Shown: positions 40,240 through 48,232 of the stretch, one piece after another | How the letters are laid out: the number at the start of each line of letters is the position of its first letter | How positions within the stretch are numbered: position 1 is the first letter of the stretch | Source of the DNA: Gammaproteobacteria bacterium | GTDB taxonomy: Bacteria; Pseudomonadota; Gammaproteobacteria; G965277405 | NCBI GenBank assembly: GCA_965277405.1 | Contig: OZ255726.1 | Location: forward strand, 416,001-480,000 | DNA length: 64,000 nucleotides | Direction: 5' to 3' | Position numbers and translations under genes: made by a program | The notes under the pieces: model-generated | The model's database searches: none | What the model saw: only the letters and a program-made list of their open reading frames with translations | Told to the model about the DNA's origin: nothing

Positions 40240-43095
40240 CTAGCCACCCATTCCATTGATAAAAGTCTCTACAAAATTTACTGTTTTATTTAAAATCCTA
40301 TCTCCAACAGCTTTACGGTTTAAAATATTAGGCTTAACACCTTCTATTAAATCTAATAAGTCATCACGTAATGGCTCTCTTTCTGCATACAGATAATCTT
40401 CAATGAGCTTTTGTGTTTTTTCTGATGATAAATTTTCTTCTTTTACAAATACTGCAAATGCCTTTTGCTGTTCTTCTGCCCAGAATTTATCAAACTCTTG
40501 TGGTATAGTTGCAGAATCTGCTATCGCAGGTAAATTATCTTCTATAAACTTTTCTATCAACTCTCTTTTACTTCTTAAATTAGCTTCTCCAGTTAATAAA
40601 TCTACAACCTCTTTACGCTTTGCTTCTCGTTCTGATTTTTTAACATCTTTTAAAGTTGCCAATAGTTTTAAAATATATGTAACATTAATTTCGTCTCTAT
40701 GAATCAATTCTAATTCAAAATCTACATCATCGAGTATAGACACTTTTTCTTTGGCAGTATCGAGTTTTGTCTTTTGCCATAAATCCAGATACTTGCTGCT
40801 GTAATCGTTAAACAACTGCTCTTGCATTGCCAAATTTTCCCAATTGAAATCAGCAAAAGTTGTCATTACGTTTTTTATACGCATCAGCTCTCTAAAAGCT
40901 CGGATAAATTCTAATTCGTCTGCTTCACTCAGCAAATCATCAACACTATTTACAGTTGGTGCTATTTTTAATAAGTTTACAAACGCCTCATTGAATTTTT
41001 GCGTATATTCTTCTTGCGGCTTCATTATAACAACATCTATAGCTTCTTTGTTACCAAAGAGTGTTATCGCTTGATCTGTCGCTTTTTTAAGATTGCGAAA
41101 CACTACGATATTACCTTGAGATTTCTGCTCGTTGACAATTCTATTTGTCCGTGAGTACGCTTGTATTAAACCGTGATATTTTAAATTTTTATCTACGTAT
41201 AAGGTGTTTAATGACGGACTGTCGAAACCTGTTAAGAACATATTTACCACTAATAAAATATCTATTTTTTGCTCTTTTACTTTCTTCGATATATCGTTGT
41301 AATAATTATAAAATGATTGGCTATCTTTTGTTGAAAAATTAGAGCCAAACATTTCGTTATAATGCCCTATATAACTGGCTAACTTATCTCTTTTATGTAT
41401 ATTTAAACCGTATAAGGCTGGCGATTCTGCTACTACCGATACCTCTTCTGGAATATATCCGTTGGCATCTGCATCTTCTTCGTTGGCTACATAACTAAAT
41501 ATGGTTGCTATTGTTAGATTGTGTGTGCCTTCTTCTTTTTTACGCTGTAGAATATCATAATAATTTACCAACATATCTGTACCACCGACACAAAACATTG
41601 CTGTAAATTCTCTGTTATGCGTTTTGCGGTTGTGATTTGCAATAATATAATCTACTATCTTTTCTAAGCGCTTTGATGATTCCATTAACTCTTTACGGTC
41701 TATGTCCTCTACTTCAATATCTATTGCTGTAGCAGATTTTTTTTGTTGGTATTTGCCGACATATTCTACTGCAAATTTTAGTACGTTTTCATCTTGTATA
41801 GCATCTGTAATAACGTATTTATGCAAGCAGTTGCCAAACAATTCTTTAGTAGTGCGTTTGCCTAATTCGTTTTTAACTGCATTGTCTGCAAATATTGGCG
41901 TTCCTGTAAAACCAAACATTTGGTAATTGTTAAAAAATTCTTTGATACGCCTATGTGTTTCCCCAAATTGACTGCGATGGCACTCATCAAAAATAAAGAC
42001 AATACGCTCATCTTTTAGTTGTTCCATTTTAGCTAAATAGCTCTTGTTACTAATAGCTGTATTTAGCTTTTGAATGGTGGTTACAATAATTTTGGTGTCA
42101 TCACTAAATTGTTTTACCAATGCTTTGGTATTGTCTGTACCATCTATACTACCCTTAGAGAAACTATTAAATTCTCTGGTAGTTTGGTAATCTAAATCTT
42201 TTCTATCAACCACAAATGCCACTTTTTGAATCTCTGGCATTTTCATAATAATTTGACTTGCCTTAAATGATGTTAGCGTTTTTCCTGAGCCTGTGGTATG
42301 CCATATATAACCGTTGTGTGTACTATTATTTACCTTGTCAATAATGCTTTCTACTGCATAGTATTGATACGGTCTAAGCACCATTAATATTTTATGGGTT
42401 TCGTTTAACACAATGTACTTACATATCATTTTAGAGATATGACAAGGTTCTAAAAACTCATTTGCAAACCCATTGAGAATATTAGTTACACGCTTGTTTT
42501 CTTTATTTGTCCAATAGAATGTCTGCTTAAAAGATTGACGCTTATTGTTTGCATAGTATTTGGTATTTACACCGTTGCTAATTACAAATATCTGTACATA
42601 TTGAAACAAAGCCGATTTGGCTGCGAACGAATGGCTTTGATAACGGTTTATTTGCTTAAAAGCTTCTTTTATTTCCAAGCCTCTACGTTTTAATTCTATT
42701 TGCACTAGGGGTAGGCCATTTACTAATAAGCTAAGGTCGTAACGGTTTTTATAACTCCCCTCTATAGTTACTTGACTAGTAACTTGATATTGATTTTGAC
42801 ACCAATGCTCGGTATTTAGAAACTCAAAATATAAGTTATCGCCATTATCTCTGACAATATGTTGTTTTTCTCTCAGGGTTTTAGCTTTTTCAAATACAGA
42901 GCCTTTAGTTAGTATATTGAGTACACGGTCAAATTCTTTAGCAGTAAACATAATATTGTTATTATGTTTTTCTAACTGTGTTTTTAGGTTCGCTAATAAG
43001 GAGGCTTCATTGGGGATACTTACTTTGGTATAACCAATGTTTGTCAACTGTTGTATTAACTGTTTTTCTAATATTTGTTCTGTTTGTGTATTCAT
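40240..43095 (-). CDS. hsdR: Type I restriction endonuclease subunit R
   Basis: NRYDLSLLVNGLPLVQIELK nuclease motif, HTTGSGKT, DECHR, FTGTP, QAYSRTNR. Confidence 0.95.
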   Translation of the reverse strand: MNTQTEQILEKQLIQQLTNIGYTKVSIPNEASLLANLKTQLEKHNNNIMFTAKEFDRVLNILTKGSVFEKAKTLREKQHIVRDNGDNLYFEFLNTEHWCQNQYQVTSQVTIEGSYKNRYDLSLLVNGLPLVQIELKRRGLEIKEAFKQINRYQSHSFAAKSALFQYVQIFVISNGVNTKYYANNKRQSFKQTFYWTNKENKRVTNILNGFANEFLEPCHISKMICKYIVLNETHKILMVLRPYQYYAVESIIDKVNNSTHNGYIWHTTGSGKTLTSFKASQIIMKMPEIQKVAFVVDRKDLDYQTTREFNSFSKGSIDGTDNTKALVKQFSDDTKIIVTTIQKLNTAISNKSYLAKMEQLKDERIVFIFDECHRSQFGETHRRIKEFFNNYQMFGFTGTPIFADNAVKNELGKRTTKELFGNCLHKYVITDAIQDENVLKFAVEYVGKYQQKKSATAIDIEVEDIDRKELMESSKRLEKIVDYIIANHNRKTHNREFTAMFCVGGTDMLVNYYDILQRKKEEGTHNLTIATIFSYVANEEDADANGYIPEEVSVVAESPALYGLNIHKRDKLASYIGHYNEMFGSNFSTKDSQSFYNYYNDISKKVKEQKIDILLVVNMFLTGFDSPSLNTLYVDKNLKYHGLIQAYSRTNRIVNEQKSQGNIVVFRNLKKATDQAITLFGNKEAIDVVIMKPQEEYTQKFNEAFVNLLKIAPTVNSVDDLLSEADELEFIRAFRELMRIKNVMTTFADFNWENLAMQEQLFNDYSSKYLDLWQKTKLDTAKEKVSILDDVDFELELIHRDEINVTYILKLLATLKDVKKSEREAKRKEVVDLLTGEANLRSKRELIEKFIEDNLPAIADSATIPQEFDKFWAEEQQKAFAVFVKEENLSSEKTQKLIEDYLYAEREPLRDDLLDLIEGVKPNILNRKAVGDRILNKTVNFVETFINGMGG

Positions 43096-43139
43096 TTGTT
43101 CTATTAAAATATGCCTAAGGAAAGATATCCTCTATTATT

Positions 43140-44044
43140 TTAATTTTCTGACCATAATGGATTTAATTCCCAATTATTTAGAAAACCTAATTTATATATA
43201 GGAACGTTTGGATTATTTCTAATAAGTTCAATAATTTTATCTTTGATATGAAGATCAGGAGCAACTTCGTTTGAAAGATAAACTAATGTTGAAATAATTA
43301 AAAAAGGTTTCTTTTTTTGCACTTCAGTTATTGGTGAATTTAACCAATCATACATTGGGTTTATAATGTTATCAGTTGGTCTAATAGCCATACTTCTGCT
43401 CCAAAGTCTTGAATGGTGAGCAATAATATTTCTTACATAAACTATCGCCCCTAACCAACTTGAAAGTTCACTATGAAGGTGTAATCCCATTTCTTTCGCT
43501 ATTTGCGTCTTTTCTGGAAGCTGGTGTTTAATGTTTTTGTATAATTTAGAAAGACTACCCATTGAGACAACCTCTAAAGTCTTCCAAGACTCAGCATCAA
43601 TCTTAGGATACTTTCTTTTATGGTCTCTTATAAAAATTTCACTACTTCTATTAAATTCCTTATTCATGATTGCAACAGAAGATAAGTGATGGTTTGTATT
43701 TGTAAAAAATGAAACGTTTAAATGCCATAAAGCATCATATCGTAAAGACATATGATAAATCATTTTTGTTCTTAATGCTATTTCTATTCTTTCTATAGCA
43801 TCAAATAAGATTAGTTTTAAATGCCTATCAAAATTATAGCGCTCAATTACAGTTTCAAAATAAGTGTTTGGGTGAAATTTATGTTGTACAAAATCACATT
43901 GCATATCCCACCAATAGCTTTTAATCGATAATAACTTATTGTGGATAAAAAATGAGTTGCAGAAACCTCATCTTTAAACAGCATATCTCTGTCCTTGAGT
44001 TGCTGTAATTGTTGTGCTATGCTAAGCGTTGGTTTAGAAGTCAT
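43140..44044 (-). pseudogene. AbiD/AbiF-like (Abi_2) HEPN protein split by a 1-bp frameshift near 43918
   Basis: ORF 44044 ends ...ISYYRLK and continues in the -1 frame as YWWDMQ...YNFDRHLK...IERIEIALR...VRNIIAHHSRLW (RxxxxH intact). Confidence 0.8.
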
Positions 44045-44049
44045 AGCTT

Positions 44050-44101
44050 AAATAAAATGACCCGAGTGCAGTTCTTATGGTATGCAACTCGGGTTCTGTT
44101 A
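44050..44101 (-). ncRNA. Candidate AbiF-associated hairpin RNA or leader
   Basis: IR ACCCGAGTTGCA...TGCACTCGGGT (44060-44094) followed by ATTTTATTT, immediately upstream of the abi ATG. Confidence 0.45.
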
Positions 44102-44104
44102 CTA

Positions 44105-44112
44105 CAAAGCTA
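44105..44112 (-). promoter_or_regulatory. Bacteroidetes-type -7 promoter element (TAnnTTTG)
   Basis: TAGCTTTG lies just upstream of the hairpin; no clearly spaced -33 TTG found. Confidence 0.35.
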
Positions 44113-44172
44113 CAAACTTTATACCAATTTTGACGACTTTCTACCAATTTTTACGAATTTTTAACATTTTCA

Positions 44173-45693
44173 CTATACCAACATCTGTTGTAATAAGCCT
44201 TTTTTATAGAATTTTGTATGTTCTATTTTTTTATTGGTCAATTCTATTTTTTTATCTATTGATGATAGGAAATTGGCGATTTTTTGTTGTTCTCTGGGTA
44301 GTGGAACATTAAGATTCAAAGAAGCAAGTTGTTTATTATATAAATGAACAACAGAATTGCCTTGTGCTAATTTAGCTATATCCATTTTTTTACTGTTATT
44401 CAATAAATAAGATAGGAATACACCATTTAGTTTAGATTTAATTATGTTCAAATCTCCTCCTAAAATCACACCCTTTTTCAAAACACAAGAAGCTGTGGCA
44501 ATATCTAACCGTGTTTCACCTGAAGAAGGTATAATAACATCATTTTCTTCACTTAATACAGAGTCCCTTAAAGGAACATTTGTTTTATAAATTATTGAAT
44601 TAATTACTTCATTGTATGTCGTGTAAAGTTCTCCATAACGAATACATTCATTTACACCATCACTGACAATATCACTTTTTGAAACTCCTTTACCTTTTAA
44701 AAATTTCGCAATATTTCCCAACTTCTTCTCCTCCCATTCCCCTTCAAACTCATTCCCATTATCATCTTTAAACCTCAACTCTTGTTTAAAGATTTTTTGC
44801 ATTACCCCTTTTTTGTATTGCTCTAAAAGAGTTTTCTTTTTTTCTAAGGTTTTGACACGGTTATCTATGGCTGTTAGGAAATTGGCGATTTTTTGTTGTT
44901 CTTTTTTTTCGTTTGGAAAATAAACTTCCATTTGCCTTAGGTTGGTATTATATAGTCTTTTAATAATTCCACCATCAGATGTTTGCCATCTTAGAGTTGA
45001 ATAACAATAAAATAGAAAAGTATTTAGTATTTGTTGTTCATTATTTTCAAGCCAAACAATATTTGAATCCTGATAATATGCATCCGAACCATCATATACT
45101 ACTAATCTTCCAATAGTTCCAGATGCAGAAATAAGTATATCACCAATATTTGGAAACGAATACAGACTCTTATACTTTTTATATAAATCAATTGGAATAT
45201 ATGAATCAGAATCACTGCCAAATGTTCCAATTTTGTAAAAAGGGACAGAGTTATTTGACTCAGTCGTTGTTTGCTCTTTAAAAATCCTTTTACACATCAA
45301 AGGTCTTCCAATATTTCCTAATTTCTTCTCCTCCCATTCCCCTTTAAACTCAGGAAACCGCAATCGAGGAATATTCTTCTTTAAGGATATAGGAAAAGGA
45401 ATTTTACACGTATTTATAATTTGTTTAAATGAGGTTGAAACCTCATTAATATCTATAATATCTACCTTGTACGGCAGCAAAGAATCATCTAAATCATCTC
45501 TTAAACTCGCCAATATCATTGGTGAAATAATAGTACTATGTTCCAAAGCAATATCCAAATCAGAATTGTATTTGGTTTGGTTTTTTGCCCTAGAGCCAAA
45601 CACCCATACTTTACAATCTGTAGTAAGATGTTTTTGTAGAATATCTCTTATAATATAAAATTCCTTTGGGCTAATATCAAAATTAATCTTCAT
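44173..45693 (-). CDS. hsdS: Fusion of an N-terminal MNT nucleotidyltransferase to type I R-M specificity subunit HsdS
   Basis: aa 1-101 carry FGSRAKNQTKYNSDLD (GSX10DXD) and VDIID; then IPRLRFPEFKGEWEEKKLG, two TRDs, EQQKIA repeats, KGLLQQML. Confidence 0.9.
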   Translation of the reverse strand: MKINFDISPKEFYIIRDILQKHLTTDCKVWVFGSRAKNQTKYNSDLDIALEHSTIISPMILASLRDDLDDSLLPYKVDIIDINEVSTSFKQIINTCKIPFPISLKKNIPRLRFPEFKGEWEEKKLGNIGRPLMCKRIFKEQTTTESNNSVPFYKIGTFGSDSDSYIPIDLYKKYKSLYSFPNIGDILISASGTIGRLVVYDGSDAYYQDSNIVWLENNEQQILNTFLFYCYSTLRWQTSDGGIIKRLYNTNLRQMEVYFPNEKKEQQKIANFLTAIDNRVKTLEKKKTLLEQYKKGVMQKIFKQELRFKDDNGNEFEGEWEEKKLGNIAKFLKGKGVSKSDIVSDGVNECIRYGELYTTYNEVINSIIYKTNVPLRDSVLSEENDVIIPSSGETRLDIATASCVLKKGVILGGDLNIIKSKLNGVFLSYLLNNSKKMDIAKLAQGNSVVHLYNKQLASLNLNVPLPREQQKIANFLSSIDKKIELTNKKIEHTKFYKKGLLQQMLV

Positions 45694-46114
45694 AAAAAGT
45701 TTTTAGCTTTTGTAAAAAATATTCAGCCTCTGATAAAAAAGCAGGAATTTCTGCCACAATATCTATCGCAATATTTTCGTTATAACTATTAGAAGTTGTG
45801 TTGCTATTTTGCCTGTACACAGCCCATACATCCCAACTATGGAGTAAAATCCCTTTACTAAACCCCTCTCTTATAAGTTTTTGAAAAGAATATTCTTTAA
45901 TTTCACTTGGGGTTTCTGGAATATTAGCAAGGTGTCTTCTCAGCATTTTGGTAGTTAATTCATAAGAATACTCAAAACGCTTAATACAAGCATCTCTAAT
46001 ATATTCACTATAACTATTTTTATTGCTGTGAAAATAAGATAACGCTTTTTTAAAACTTTCTAAAGCGTTTTCTAAGGAACTTATATCTAATTTTTCATTA
46101 AAATTATTATTCAT
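45683..46114 (-). CDS. HEPN protein, HI0074/nucleotidyltransferase substrate-binding family, RX4H motif degenerate
   Basis: IRDACIKRFEYSYEL...LIREG...W...YRQNSNTTSNSYNE; overlaps the MNT-hsdS start by 11 bp. Confidence 0.85.
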   Translation of the reverse strand: MNNNFNEKLDISSLENALESFKKALSYFHSNKNSYSEYIRDACIKRFEYSYELTTKMLRRHLANIPETPSEIKEYSFQKLIREGFSKGILLHSWDVWAVYRQNSNTTSNSYNENIAIDIVAEIPAFLSEAEYFLQKLKTFYED

Positions 46115-46117
46115 ATT

Positions 46118-47752
46118 CTAAAATGGTGTCTCAATACCTAATTCTTTACAAAAAGAAGCAATAATATCGTCTGTTTTCTTTAAATTTAAATCTAATATTT
46201 GTATTTCTTTAGCAACTACCTTAATATTTACTTGCTCTTCTTCTGCAGAAGTATCGACATAACGAGGTATATTAAGGTTGTAATCGTTCTCAGCTATTTC
46301 ATCTAAGGAGGCTGTATAGCTGTATTTGTCTTCAATTTTACGCCCCCTATATGTAGTTATTAATTTATCTATATGAGCTTGTCTTAAAACATTTTGGGTT
46401 TTTACCTTTTCAAAATGTTTGCTCGCATCAATAAATAAAATATTTTTAGGGTTTTCTCTACATTTTTTAAATACCAAAATACAAGTAGGGATGCCTGTAC
46501 CATAAAATATATTGGCAGGTAAACCAATAACAGCATCTAAATAATTTTTTTCTTCAATTAAATATTTACGGATATGAGCTTCGGCACCACCTCTAAATAA
46601 CGCCCCATGTGGCAATACTAATGCCATACTGCCGTTATCGTCTAAATGATATACCATATGCTGTACAAAAGCAAAATCTGCCTTATTCCTCGGTGCTAAT
46701 TTACCGTATTGGCTAAACCTATCGTCACTCATAAAGAGTTGGCTAGCACTCCACTTTGCAGAAAATGGCGGATTGGCTACAATAGCCTCAAAACGCAGGT
46801 CTATATGTTGTGGGTGTTCTAAGGTATCTTCTTGCTTAATATCAAATTTGCGATAATGTAAATCGTGTAATATCATATTCATACGTGCTAAGTTGTAGGT
46901 AGTACGGTTGAGTTCTTGGCCGTAAAAGTTGTTTACGTTATTATCTACTTCTTTGGCTACACGTAATAGTAATGAACCGCTGCCACAACTTGGGTCATAT
47001 ACCGATTTTAGTTTTTTTTTTCCTGTGGTTACCAATTTAGCCAATACCATGCTTACCTGTTGCGGTGTATAAAATTCGCCTGCTTTTTTACCTGCTCCAC
47101 TGGCAAATTTGCCAATTAGATATTCATAGGCATCGCCCAATACATCTGATTCGGTTTGTTCTAATTTAAAATCAATTTTACTTAAATGTGCGAGTACTTT
47201 AGCAATAATTTCATTACGCGCCGCTGGTGTTTTACCTAATTTGGTGGAGTTTAAATCCATATCCTCAAAGAGGTTGTCAAAATCTTCTTCACTATCCGTA
47301 CCCATTGTACTGTTTTGGACGTTGATGAGGATTTTTTGTAAATCTTCTAGTATAAAATTATGCTTGGTATGGTAGGTTGCTGTCGTGTCTTTTGTTATAT
47401 TATTACTTTCTTTAATACCTTCATTGTGATTGCCGCGTTTTGCGACAGCAGAAAATAATTCTGACGGTTTTAAGAAGTATCCTAATCCCCCCCCTACTAA
47501 AGAGTTTTCGCTTATTGCTTTGATATATTTTTTTCCTGTTTCTGTATTTTCGTCTATAGCGGCAAACAAAAATGTATCGCCTCCTTCTTTAATAATTTTA
47601 TTAGCATATATTTCCATTTTTTCGGATAAGTATTTATAGAAAATAAAGCCTAATATATAATCACGAAACTCATCTGCATTCATTTTACCCCTAAGGGTAT
47701 TGGCAATATTCCAAAGTTGTTGTTCTAATTGTTTTTTATAGTCTTCTGACAT
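46118..47752 (-). CDS. hsdM: Type I R-M methyltransferase subunit M (start ATG 47752)
   Basis: LWNIANTLRG, AGEFYTP, YDPSCGSGSLL, ANPPF, YNLNIPRYV. Confidence 0.96.
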   Translation of the reverse strand: MSEDYKKQLEQQLWNIANTLRGKMNADEFRDYILGFIFYKYLSEKMEIYANKIIKEGGDTFLFAAIDENTETGKKYIKAISENSLVGGGLGYFLKPSELFSAVAKRGNHNEGIKESNNITKDTTATYHTKHNFILEDLQKILINVQNSTMGTDSEEDFDNLFEDMDLNSTKLGKTPAARNEIIAKVLAHLSKIDFKLEQTESDVLGDAYEYLIGKFASGAGKKAGEFYTPQQVSMVLAKLVTTGKKKLKSVYDPSCGSGSLLLRVAKEVDNNVNNFYGQELNRTTYNLARMNMILHDLHYRKFDIKQEDTLEHPQHIDLRFEAIVANPPFSAKWSASQLFMSDDRFSQYGKLAPRNKADFAFVQHMVYHLDDNGSMALVLPHGALFRGGAEAHIRKYLIEEKNYLDAVIGLPANIFYGTGIPTCILVFKKCRENPKNILFIDASKHFEKVKTQNVLRQAHIDKLITTYRGRKIEDKYSYTASLDEIAENDYNLNIPRYVDTSAEEEQVNIKVVAKEIQILDLNLKKTDDIIASFCKELGIETPF

Positions 47753-47859
47753 TGTGGGTCTCAATTGTTGCAATCATCAAAATATAAATCTTTAGGGTCA
47801 GTAGTTACGAACATATTATTTTGATTGATATGCCTTATCGGCTGTAACCATGCTCTTAA

Positions 47860-48148
47860 GGAAGCTCTGATGAAGCCCATGATGGGCGAGACGGAGAAAA
47901 AACGCTGCTGATAACTAGCCGCAGTGCGCAGATAATACTGGTGGTCTTGTGGGTGCTGCCAAGTGCTGCAACGACGTTAGCGTAGTGTTTTTTCCCGTCC
48001 TGCTGTTGAATATACTTTGGGTTTGCGGCAGCGGTACTTGTGCTGTGCTGCATCCCTTGGCGTATATGCTACGGCATGCGGTTTGCGCCTTGCAATCATC
48101 AGTAATTGCCAGCAAACTCGCTCCATCAGCGAGTTAATCAGAGCTTCC
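47860..48148. mobile_element. IS5-type MITE, full copy 11, plus a TIR stub at 48154-48163
   Basis: TTAA|GGAAGCTCTGATGAAG...GTTAATCAGAGCTTCC, then CATGA and GGAATCTCTG. Confidence 0.9.
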
Positions 48149-48232
48149 CATGAGGAATCTCTGCGTAAAACCGTGCTTAGAATTTGATTGCAGCATAAAC
48201 TTGAATGGCTGCTATACAACATGTTGTTGCTG

